The notes below the pieces were generated by a model that had not been told where the DNA came from, searched no databases, and saw nothing but the letters and a program-made list of their open reading frames with translations. A stretch of 15,480 bases of DNA from an uncultured bacterium. GTDB taxonomy: Bacteria; Aquificota; Aquificia; Desulfurobacteriales; Desulfurobacteriaceae. The translations under genes were made by a program, and so were the position numbers. Shown piece after piece: positions 1-9,728 of the stretch. Where the stretch lies: the NCBI GenBank assembly GCA_964542865.1, contig CAZIVU010000010.1, positions 1 through 15,480 on the forward strand, read 5' to 3'. Positions within the stretch are counted from its first letter, which is position 1; every line of letters begins with the position of its first letter.

Positions 1-1269
1 GAGCTTGGCTGGATTGAACCGTTCAGGGCATTTTCACAGGCCGTCTCCCTCGGGTATCCGGTAAGGGTGTTCCTTGATTCGGCTTCCGTAAACGGGAAAA
101 CGGGAAGGTACTCCTTCCTCTGCATAGGCGAAGTTGAACGGTTCTCGGTTAAGGACGTTGATGACGATGCCTTTTATCTCCTTGAGGAGTTCTTCAAAGC
201 CTGCAGGGAAAGGTACAGTCCTGAAGTCGATATACCTTTCGGCATCTTCGGTTTCATATCCTACGACGCAAACAGGTACCTTGAAAGGGTTAGCTCCCCG
301 GAGATTGATGACCTTAACTGGCCGGATATGCTGTTCATACTTCCCGAGACAACGTTTATCTTCGACAACGTTGAGAGGAGGGTCTGGAGGGTCGGAAGGA
401 GGGTAAACTTAAGGGAGAAAAGGGGGGAATTCAGCTTCTCCTCAAGGCTTCTTGGCTTTAACATGGAAAAGGACTACTTCATCCACGCCGTTGAGAGGAT
501 CAAGGACTACATCGGGGAAGGGGATACGTTTCAGGTTAACTTCTCCCAGAGGATAGATGTTGAGTACTCCGGGGAGCCCTTCCTGCTCTATGAAAGGTTA
601 AGGAGGGTAAACCCTTCTCCATTCTCCTTCTTCCTCGACTTTGGAGGGATTAAGGCTGTTTCCTGCTCCCCCGAAAGGCTTGTGAAGAAAGATGGAAGGT
701 TTGTCGAGACAAGGCCCATAGCCGGAACGAGGAGAAGGGGGAGGAGCGCAGAGGAGGAGAGAAGGCTTGAGAGGGAGCTTTTCCTGTCGGAGAAGGAGAG
801 GGCTGAACACATTATGCTTGTTGACCTTGAAAGGAACGACCTTGGAAGGGTCTGCGAGTACGGAACCGTTGAGGTTGATGAGCTGATGGTCAAGGAGAGC
901 TACTCCCACGTCATCCACATAGTCTCAAACGTAAAGGGCGTTCTGAGGGAAGACCTTGACAGCATTGATGTTTTGAGGGCTGTCTTCCCGGGAGGGACGA
1001 TAACGGGAGCGCCGAAGGTAAGGACGATGGAGATAATCGCAGAGCTTGAGCCGACAAGGAGAGCCCTCTATACGGGTTCTGTGGGCTACATCGGTTTTAA
1101 CGGTTCGATGGACTTCAACATCGTTATAAGGACTTTCCTCTTCAGGGAGAACAGGGGATACCTTCAGGTCGGAGCAGGTATCGTGTGGGATTCAGACCCG
1201 GAGCTCGAGTACAGGGAAACGCTCAGCAAAGCGGAAGCCCTTTTAGTTGCGTCATCACTGAGGATTTAA
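1..1269 (+). CDS. Chorismate-binding enzyme, aminodeoxychorismate synthase component I / anthranilate synthase component I (PabB/TrpE family). It is 5'-partial: frame 1 is open from nt 1, and the track start at 67 is only an internal GTG.
   Basis: Motifs [35 protein letters not shown] and [20 protein letters not shown] are hallmarks of the chorismate-utilising family. There is no stop codon between nt 1 and 67 in frame. The short distance from the LDS..GRYSF region to the FGxxSYD motif (about 60 aa) favours PabB over TrpE. It has PIAGT rather than PIKGT. Confidence 0.85.
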   Translation, partial: ELGWIEPFRAFSQAVSLGYPVRVFLDSASVNGKTGRYSFLCIGEVERFSVKDVDDDAFYLLEEFFKACRERYSPEVDIPFGIFGFISYDANRYLERVSSPEIDDLNWPDMLFILPETTFIFDNVERRVWRVGRRVNLREKRGEFSFSSRLLGFNMEKDYFIHAVERIKDYIGEGDTFQVNFSQRIDVEYSGEPFLLYERLRRVNPSPFSFFLDFGGIKAVSCSPERLVKKDGRFVETRPIAGTRRRGRSAEEERRLERELFLSEKERAEHIMLVDLERNDLGRVCEYGTVEVDELMVKESYSHVIHIVSNVKGVLREDLDSIDVLRAVFPGGTITGAPKVRTMEIIAELEPTRRALYTGSVGYIGFNGSMDFNIVIRTFLFRENRGYLQVGAGIVWDSDPELEYRETLSKAEALLVASSLRI

Positions 1270-2082
1270 CCTGCCGATGATGTAGGTTATCAGGAACAGC
1301 GTAAATGAAGTTAGCGTTATGGCTGCCCCTGAGGGGACATCTATTGAGAACGAGATGAGCGTTCCGATAACGGATGAGGAGACCCCGAAGATGATGGAAA
1401 GGAGAACCATTCTGAAGTAACTCTTTGAGACCATGTAAGCTGATGCCGGGGGAATTACGAGGAGGGAGAAAACGAGTATGGCTCCAACCGCCTTCATCGA
1501 CATAACAACGGATACCGTCGTTATCATGCTCGCCGTGAACGTTATCAGCTCCGTCCTGTAACCGGATGCCTTTGCAATCTCCTCGCTGAACGTTGTCAGG
1601 TAGATCTCCTTCCAGTAGAATGTGTAAACTGCCCCAGCAACGGCTGCTGTAAGGATAAGAATGGCTATATCCCCGTTATTAACGGTGAGCGGGCTTCCGA
1701 AGAGGTAGGAGAGGGCGGACGACCTGTACTTTCCCGAAAGACCCATGAAAAGTATCGCAAGTCCCATGCTCGTTGAAAAGAGTATCCCAATCGTTATATC
1801 GTAGTGGACCTTTCCCCTGTAGCTCAGGTACCATATCGCCGCCGAAGCCGCTATCGAAAATGCAAGCCCAACCCCTACAGGGTAGACCCCTATGAGGAGT
1901 CCGAGGGATATCCCCGCAAATGCTATGTGTGCAAGTCCTGCCCCGACAAACGCCATCTTCCTCAGAACGACGTAAGTCCCGATGAGGGAGCAGAGGAAAC
2001 CGGAAAGGAGGGACGCAAAGAGCGCCTTCTGTGCAAAGCCGTAGGAGAGAAAGATGAGAGGGTTTGTCAGCTCCCCCATCAC
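1255..2082 (-). CDS. ABC-3 family metal-ion ABC transporter permease (ZnuB/MntB/TroCD-like)
   Basis: 275 aa, polytopic and hydrophobic. It has G.YVVLRKMAFVGAGLAHIAFAG and FSLLVIPPASAYM, which match the ZnuB signatures GSFVVWRRMSYFGDTLAH and SLLIIPAATA. GTG start. The start overlaps the stop of the upstream band-7 gene, and the 3' end overlaps the 3' end of the PabB-like gene by 15 bp on the opposite strand. Confidence 0.8.
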   Translation of the reverse strand: MMGELTNPLIFLSYGFAQKALFASLLSGFLCSLIGTYVVLRKMAFVGAGLAHIAFAGISLGLLIGVYPVGVGLAFSIAASAAIWYLSYRGKVHYDITIGILFSTSMGLAILFMGLSGKYRSSALSYLFGSPLTVNNGDIAILILTAAVAGAVYTFYWKEIYLTTFSEEIAKASGYRTELITFTASMITTVSVVMSMKAVGAILVFSLLVIPPASAYMVSKSYFRMVLLSIIFGVSSSVIGTLISFSIDVPSGAAITLTSFTLFLITYIIGRLNPQ

Positions 2083-2918
2083 TTTCCCTTGTTAAGGTTG
2101 AGGAGGGGAACGAGCTTTGAGTCGTAAGGTGCTATTATGAACGTGTTGTTCGGGCTGTTCGCAAGGGCGCTCATCGTCTGGAGGTAGTACCACTGGAGGT
2201 AGGCTGGTGATAGGGAGTTTGCGATTATCCTGTTTGACTCCGCTATCCCTTTTGCCTCCGTTATCTTCCTCTGGGCTTCAAGCTTCTCCTTCTGTATAAC
2301 AAACTGCATCTTCTCAGCCTCTTCCTTCGCCCTCAGCTTCTCCTCAATCTTCTCAACGACCTTTGAGGGGAGCTTAACGTTTCTGAGGAGGACATCAACA
2401 ACGTCTATGTCCGCTCCCCTCAGCTTCTCCTTGATGTCGTGAAATATCCTCGTCTGTAGCATGGCCCTCTTCGTTGAGTAGAGGTCTTCGATCTTGAACT
2501 GGGCAACAACGTTCCTTATAACCTCCCTCGATATCGGGACTATGAGCTTCTCGGCGTAGTTTATCCCGAAGTTCTTGTATATCCGGTCAGCCCTCTCGGG
2601 AATTATCCTGTAGAGAACCGTAACGTCAAGGGTGGCGGGAAGCCCCTCAACGCTGAGAGCCACGATGGGGTTACCTGTCCGAGCCCTCATGTCTATCTTC
2701 TCAACCCTCGTTGAGAAGATGACTATCCTCTCAGCCCCCGGGAGCTTGAAGTGTATCCCCGGGTAAAGCTCCTCCTCAATAACCTTACCGAACCTAAGCT
2801 TTACTCCCACCTCCCCGGCATCGATGATTACAAGGGAGCTGGTGCTGATAACCCCGAATATGAAAAGGGCTATGAGCGTCAGTATAACCTTTGCAGGGAG
2901 CGTCTGCCTTTCCATCAC
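2079..2918 (-). CDS. SPFH/band-7 domain membrane protein (prohibitin/HflK/HflC-like)
   Basis: 279 aa. It has an N-terminal transmembrane helix, then an SPFH-like core (GEVGVKLRFGKV...GIHFKLPG...) and a C-terminal coiled coil rich in E/K (EKLRAKEEAEKMQFVIQKEKLEAQRKITEAKG). It overlaps phoU upstream and the permease downstream. Confidence 0.8.
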   Translation of the reverse strand: MMERQTLPAKVILTLIALFIFGVISTSSLVIIDAGEVGVKLRFGKVIEEELYPGIHFKLPGAERIVIFSTRVEKIDMRARTGNPIVALSVEGLPATLDVTVLYRIIPERADRIYKNFGINYAEKLIVPISREVIRNVVAQFKIEDLYSTKRAMLQTRIFHDIKEKLRGADIDVVDVLLRNVKLPSKVVEKIEEKLRAKEEAEKMQFVIQKEKLEAQRKITEAKGIAESNRIIANSLSPAYLQWYYLQTMSALANSPNNTFIIAPYDSKLVPLLNLNKGK

Positions 2919-3646
2919 TTGCCCTTTGACTCCATTATCGTTTTGAGGTACTCCTGAGCTTTCTTGTGCTTTATCACCTCCCCCGTCTTCAGGTATATCG
3001 CATACTCGGCGATGTTCGTTGCGTGGTCTCCGACCCTCTCCAGAGCCCTTGAGATGAGTATGAGCTTCATCGCGATGTGCGCCGTTTCAGGGTTCTTCTC
3101 AACGATCTCTATAAGCTCATCGGCAATCCTTGAGTAGAAGCTGTCAACAATCTCATCCCTGTCTATCACGTCCCTTGCAAGCTCCTCATCGCCCTTCAGC
3201 AGCGAGAGTATGGAGTCCCTCAACATCTCCCTTACAACTATGGACATCCTCGGAAGGTCAACGTACGGCTTTATCGGCGCGTACTCCGAAAGGTAGATGG
3301 CTATTTCGCAGATATCCCTTGCAAGGTCTCCAACCCTCTCAAGGTCTGTAATGCTCTTGAGTATCGATACAACGAGCCTCAGGTCTGAAGCTTCAGGGTG
3401 GTAGAGGGCAAAAATCCTGACGCACTTTTCCTCAATCTCTATCTCCTTGAGGTCTATGAGCTTGTCGTACTCATACGTTGACTTTGCCCTCTTGACGTCC
3501 CTTGAGATGAGGGATTCCATGGCGTCGGATATGATTCTCCTCGACATATCCGACATCTCTATGAAGTTCTTCTTCAGCTCCTCAAGCTCCTCAACGTACC
3601 TGTTTATCACAGCTTCCTCCGAAACCTTGAACTTTAAGTATACCAT
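2915..3646 (-). CDS. phoU: Phosphate-transport system regulatory protein PhoU homologue
   Basis: 243 aa with two PhoU repeats, each carrying the signature LERVGDLARDICEIAIY / LERVGDHATNIAEYAIY. ATG start. No pstSCAB genes are present in the window. Confidence 0.85.
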   Translation of the reverse strand: MVYLKFKVSEEAVINRYVEELEELKKNFIEMSDMSRRIISDAMESLISRDVKRAKSTYEYDKLIDLKEIEIEEKCVRIFALYHPEASDLRLVVSILKSITDLERVGDLARDICEIAIYLSEYAPIKPYVDLPRMSIVVREMLRDSILSLLKGDEELARDVIDRDEIVDSFYSRIADELIEIVEKNPETAHIAMKLILISRALERVGDHATNIAEYAIYLKTGEVIKHKKAQEYLKTIMESKGK

Positions 3647-3696
3647 CTGAGGTGGCAGATTTTGTAAAATTGCGCAAACCTTGAAGGAGGTTCAGG
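3647..3696. promoter_or_regulatory. 50-bp divergent control region between phoU (minus) and the small winged-helix ORF (plus)
   Basis: It contains an 8-bp perfect palindrome TTGCGCAA (about 3670-3677), a -10-like TAAAAT (about 3665-3670) and the SD AAGGAGG (3684-3690). Confidence 0.4.
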
Positions 3697-3882
3697 GTGG
3701 AGGAGAAGAAAAAGGCTGTTCTTGACTTTATGAAGAGCAAGGGAAAGCCGCTGAGAACGGGTGATATCTCAAAGGCTCTCGGAATGGAGAGCAAGGAGGT
3801 ATCAAAGGTTATAAAGGCACTGAAGGAGGATGGAAAGGTATTCTCACCGAAGAGGTGCTACTGGGCACCCTCAGAGGATTAG
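3697..3882 (+). CDS. Small (61 aa) stand-alone winged-helix DNA-binding-like protein, uncharacterised
   Basis: GTG start preceded by a perfect SD AAGGAGG (3684-3690) with a 6-nt spacer. Codon usage matches the neighbouring genes. The pattern VLDFMKSKGKPLRTGDISKALGMESKEVSKVIKALKEDGKV resembles the LexA N-terminal / BlaI-type winged-helix domain (compare LexA [45 protein letters not shown]). It is divergent from phoU. Its stop overlaps the stop of the convergent GGCT-like gene. Confidence 0.55.
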   Translation: MEEKKKAVLDFMKSKGKPLRTGDISKALGMESKEVSKVIKALKEDGKVFSPKRCYWAPSED

Positions 3883-4289
3883 AGGAGCATCAGCTTTTTC
3901 ACAAACTCTCTCCAGTTCCCGAAGGGGATGTCGGTAAAGTCCATCTCATCAACCATGAGGGGATTGAGGAAGTAAACCCAGCTGTCAACGAAGTCCCCGT
4001 AGGGGATGAGCTTCACCGGCTTCTCCTTCCTCACGTACATGCTCCTTTCTGGAAACCCCTCGAAGAACTCCTCAAAGAGGTCTATAGCCGTCAGGGTTGC
4101 CTCATCAACCTTGTAGACCTCCCCGAAAACCTTTCCCTCCCCCTCTATAACGGCCGGGTAACCATCTCTGAGCTGGATCAACCTTGCACCGAAGAGGATC
4201 CCGTGGCTGATGAAGTCGGAATCGAAGAGGAATGAGTGTGCCGACAGGCCGGACATGAGGCTTCCGTACACGAAGAGGAGCTTAAACAT
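3879..4289 (-). CDS. Gamma-glutamyl cyclotransferase-like protein (GGCT/AIG2-like family)
   Basis: 136 aa. The N-terminal LFVYGSLM (YGSL motif) is diagnostic of the GGCT/AIG2/BtrG fold. SD-like GGAAGGG lies upstream of the ATG. It sits immediately downstream of gyrB on the same strand. Confidence 0.7.
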   Translation of the reverse strand: MFKLLFVYGSLMSGLSAHSFLFDSDFISHGILFGARLIQLRDGYPAVIEGEGKVFGEVYKVDEATLTAIDLFEEFFEGFPERSMYVRKEKPVKLIPYGDFVDSWVYFLNPLMVDEMDFTDIPFGNWREFVKKLMLL

Positions 4290-4333
4290 TGCCCTTCCTG
4301 AACCGATTTGTGATAAATTTTAGCCCTGAAACG

Positions 4334-6751
<2,418 letters not shown>

Positions 6752-6753
<2 letters not shown>

Positions 6754-7813
6754 AAAGAGCCCTCAGCTCCTTGAGAATTTCGAACTGCCTCCTCATAATA
6801 TAGTCGGCTAAAAGCTCCTCCGCACGGGAAGTTTCAATGAACTCAATGCCTACCCTGAAGCGACCATCCTCACTGATGACGTACCTTACCTCCCCCTCAA
6901 GCCCTACCTCCTTCCCATCAACCTCAAAGGAGACTTTCACCCTCTCACCTGCACCGATGAGCGGCTCTGCGAAAAACCTTACTCCGACACCCCCTATGGA
7001 TAGGTCAGCCATCTCCCCTTCCGCATCTCCGACGACAACCCTCACAACGCTTGAAGGCTCAACCCTTACAAACCTCCTCCTCTCCTGCGGAATCTCTGTA
7101 AACCTGAACCCTTTCAGAAAAGCACTGTCCTCCTCAAAGTTCACCTCCTCCAGCGTTGCCATAACCGGCTTCGGGGCGCTTGGAACCTTGAGGAAAAGGC
7201 TGCCCCCCTCATAGATAATCCCCCTCGAACACCCCTTAACGTCAATTCTGACCCTGCCTCCAGCCACTCCTTTGACGTTAACCTTGCACGTTACGGGAAT
7301 CTGCTTGAAGAAGGAGAGGAGCTTCAGAGTTTTAAGTTTTCTTATCAGGTGAAGGATTATCTCCTCCTGCTCCCTCTCCCTCTCATTCTTTAGCTCCTTT
7401 ACCTCCCTTCTGAGGGAGTTAACGTAGTCAAGGTAAGCTCTCTCAATCGTTGACAGGTACTCATCTATGAGGGATATAAACGTCTTCAACCTGTCGATAT
7501 CCTCGTCTCTCTCGATGAGGTAATCAACAAAATCCTTTGCCATTATCAGAAACGCCTTTGAGAACACCGGTTTTATATCTATCTCGTTCTCGGCGACCTT
7601 CAGGGCAAACCTGTAAAGCTCCTCCGTAGGGTCTCCCTTGAACGTGAACAGGGTCCTGTAAACCTTAACCCCGATCGTCCTCAAAGCCGACCTTGACAGG
7701 GAGATACCTTCGGACGTCTCCATGTGCGCCGCAAAGCTTTCGGTGAAGCTCTCCTCATACCTGTCAAAGAACTCCCTGTCGCCTTTCAGCCTTTCCATGA
7801 GGGATTTAATCAT
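6752..7813 (-). CDS. PilZ-domain c-di-GMP receptor, YcgR-like, with an N-terminal helical extension of about 150 aa. The track extends it to a TTG at 7861, but I prefer the ATG at 7813.
   Basis: The C-terminal domain carries both PilZ signatures: RxxxR (QERRRFVRV) and DxSxxG (DLSIGGVG). A beta-rich PilZN-like segment precedes it, and a helix like the YcgR C-terminus follows it. The ATG at 7813 has GAAGG 7 nt upstream, whereas the TTG at 7861 has no SD. Its stop codon lies inside the gyrB SD. Confidence 0.7.
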
Positions 7814-7911
7814 GGTTTGACCTTCTACTTCTTTGCATATCTTTGATTCATACCGTCTCAACCTCTTCGAGAATACGTTTCTTTTTCAAGAAGCCTCTTC
7901 ATCTTTAACCT
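7814..7911 (-). promoter_or_regulatory. Probable promoter / 5' leader region of the pilZ-gyrB-GGCT transcription unit
   Basis: This is the only gap of about 100 bp in the minus-strand gene string (between the argD stop and the PilZ ATG). On the minus strand it contains TTGAAA and TATGAAT-like hexamers, but none with canonical spacing. Confidence 0.3.
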
Positions 7912-9093
7912 TTACGGAGCTCTTACAACGCTTTCAAGGATTTCGATGCCAAGGTCTATCTCCTCCTTCGTGATTGTAAGGGGAGGAACAAACCTCAAAA
8001 CGTTTCCCGCCGTGCAGTTTACAACAAGCCCCTTCTCAAGGGCTCTCTTTACGATCTCGCTGCAGCTACCCCTGCAGACAAGCCCCAGCATCAGCCCCCT
8101 TCCCCTTACCTCCTTAAAGGTTTCCGGGAACTCAGCCATGAGGTTCTCAAGCTTCCCTTTCAGGTACCTTCCCTTCTCCTCAACGCTGCTCAGGAAACTC
8201 CCATCGGAGACTATCCTCATAACCTCAATCCCCGCCCTCGTCGAGAGGGGATTCCCTCCAAACGTTGATGCGTGAAGCCCCGGCTTCAAAACTGTGGAGA
8301 ACCTCTCCCCTGTCACGATTGCCCCTATGGGAACGCCGTTTGAGAGAGCCTTCGCAAGGGTCATGACATCCGGCTCAACGCCGTATCCCTGATAGGCAAA
8401 GAGCTTTCCGGTCCTCCCGATGCCCGTCTGAACCTCATCAAATATGAGAACGGCATCTACCTCATCCGCTATCCTCCTCAACCCTTTGAGGAAATCTGCC
8501 TCTGCCGGAACAACTCCCCCTTCACCCTGAATCGGTTCAACGATTATCCCCGCCGTCCTTTCCGAGACAACCCTCTCAACGGAGGCTATATCGTTGAACT
8601 CTGCAAACTTCACCCCCTCAAGCATCGGACCAAACCCTTCACTGTACTTCCCCTGCCCGGTGATGGATACCGCTGCCATCGTCCTCCCGTGAAAGGAACC
8701 CCTGAATGCAACTATCTCATACTTCTCATCAGACCTTTCAGTTCCGTACCTCCTTGCAAGCTTTATCGCCCCTTCGTTCGCCTCCGCCCCGCTATTGCAG
8801 AAGAAAACCTTATCACCGAACGAGTTCTCACATATGAGCCTTGCAAGCTCTGCCTGATTCTCTATGTAGAAGTAGTTTGACACGTGGAGGAGCTTCCTCG
8901 ACTGGTCGCAGATGGCTTCAGATACGGCGGGGTGGCAGTGTCCAAGGTTGCACACAGCTATCCCTGCAAGCATGTCCAGATATCTCTTTCCGCTCTCATC
9001 GTAGAGCCAGCACCCCTCCCCCTTTACAAAGCTCACGGGGAACCTGTTGTAGGTTTTCATCACAAACGTTTCGGTCTTCTCAAACGTGTTCAA
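7912..9093 (-). CDS. argD: Acetylornithine aminotransferase (class-III PLP aminotransferase)
   Basis: 393 aa. YLDMLAGIAVCNLGHCHP matches the ArgD motif YIDFAGGIAVNALGHAHP. It has the class-III signature LIFDEVQTGIGRTGKLFA and the PLP-binding lysine region DVMTLAKAL. The start overlaps the hisG stop (ATGA). Confidence 0.82.
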   Translation of the reverse strand: MNTFEKTETFVMKTYNRFPVSFVKGEGCWLYDESGKRYLDMLAGIAVCNLGHCHPAVSEAICDQSRKLLHVSNYFYIENQAELARLICENSFGDKVFFCNSGAEANEGAIKLARRYGTERSDEKYEIVAFRGSFHGRTMAAVSITGQGKYSEGFGPMLEGVKFAEFNDIASVERVVSERTAGIIVEPIQGEGGVVPAEADFLKGLRRIADEVDAVLIFDEVQTGIGRTGKLFAYQGYGVEPDVMTLAKALSNGVPIGAIVTGERFSTVLKPGLHASTFGGNPLSTRAGIEVMRIVSDGSFLSSVEEKGRYLKGKLENLMAEFPETFKEVRGRGLMLGLVCRGSCSEIVKRALEKGLVVNCTAGNVLRFVPPLTITKEEIDLGIEILESVVRAP

Positions 9094-9728
9094 AGCTCCT
9101 CCTTCAACCTCTCAATCACCGGCTTGAGAATGCTGTACTTGGTCTTAAGGCTTGCCCTGTTCACTATGAGCCTTGCGGTGGACTCAAGTATCGTGTCAAC
9201 CTCCCTCAGCCCGTTTGCCCTCAAGGTTGAACCGGTCTGGACAAGGTCAATTATCCTGTCGGAAAGCCCAACGAGAGGAGCAAGCTCAACGGAACCGTAA
9301 AGGGTTATTATCTCGGGGTGTATTCCCATGCCCCTGAAGTAGCTGTCCGTTATCCTGGGGTACTTCGTTGCAACCCTTATGAAGGATAGCCTCTCAAGGT
9401 CGTACGGTTCGCTTATGTCTTCAGGTTCTGCAACCGAAAGCCTGCACCTTCCAAACTTCAGGTCAAGGGGTTCGTAAAGCTCGTACCCCTTCTCCTCAAT
9501 GACATCCTTTCCGGCAATGCCCATGTCCGCCGAGCCGTAGTGAACGTATGTCGGCACGTCCATCGGCTTGACAAGGATAAACCGGAAGTTCTCAAACGTG
9601 AATATGAGCTTCCTCGTTTCCCTTAGCGTTTCCGACGCATCTATGCCTGCGGACTTCAGAAGCTCAACGGACTCCTTCAGCAGCCTCCCTTTCGGAAGGG
9701 CGAACGTTATATCAGTATAGGAGCTCAC
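9090..9728 (-). CDS. hisG: ATP phosphoribosyltransferase, short form (HisG-S)
   Basis: 212 aa. The N-terminus ITFALPKGRL...LVKPMDVPTYVHYGSADMGIAGKDV is canonical for HisG. It lacks the C-terminal regulatory domain, so it is short-form and HisZ-dependent. No hisZ or other his genes are adjacent. Confidence 0.88.
   Translation of the reverse strand: MSSYTDITFALPKGRLLKESVELLKSAGIDASETLRETRKLIFTFENFRFILVKPMDVPTYVHYGSADMGIAGKDVIEEKGYELYEPLDLKFGRCRLSVAEPEDISEPYDLERLSFIRVATKYPRITDSYFRGMGIHPEIITLYGSVELAPLVGLSDRIIDLVQTGSTLRANGLREVDTILESTARLIVNRASLKTKYSILKPVIERLKEEL

Noticed and set aside
720-790. Purine-rich GAG/AGG repeat tract (ggaggaggagaggag...) that looks like a simple repeat
   Set aside because: It is in frame within the PabB-like gene and encodes [16 protein letters not shown]. 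It reflects codon bias and is not a repeat element or CRISPR.
134-918. Several 67-106-aa ORFs in other frames of the PabB-like gene
   Set aside because: They are alternate-frame artefacts inside a gene with clear family motifs.
1804-2127. 107-aa Cys-rich ORF (CYVCKSCPDK) antisense to the ABC-3 permease
   Set aside because: The cysteine pattern is tempting as a zinc ribbon, but the ORF lies inside a well-supported membrane-protein gene on the other strand and has no SD. It is most likely a frame artefact.
3855-4235. 126-aa plus-strand ORF antisense to the GGCT-like gene, and 67-aa ORFs (3447..3650 and 3591..3794) around the phoU start
   Set aside because: They overlap better-supported genes and have no SD. 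The real small gene in this area is 3697..3882.
7861-7861. TTG at 7861 as the PilZ gene start (track coordinate)
   Set aside because: It has no SD, whereas the in-frame ATG at 7813 has GAAGG at ideal spacing. I kept 7861 only as an alternative.
7814-7911. Possible tRNA or small RNA in the largest intergenic gap
   Set aside because: It shows no tRNA-like acceptor or T-arm features (no GTTC...CCA pattern) and no stable stem-loops. It is most simply a promoter or leader.
8841-9300. Two overlapping plus-strand ORFs (129 and 138 aa) across the argD/hisG junction
   Set aside because: They are antisense to two well-supported genes, R/S/P-rich, and have no ribosome-binding sites. They are shadow ORFs.
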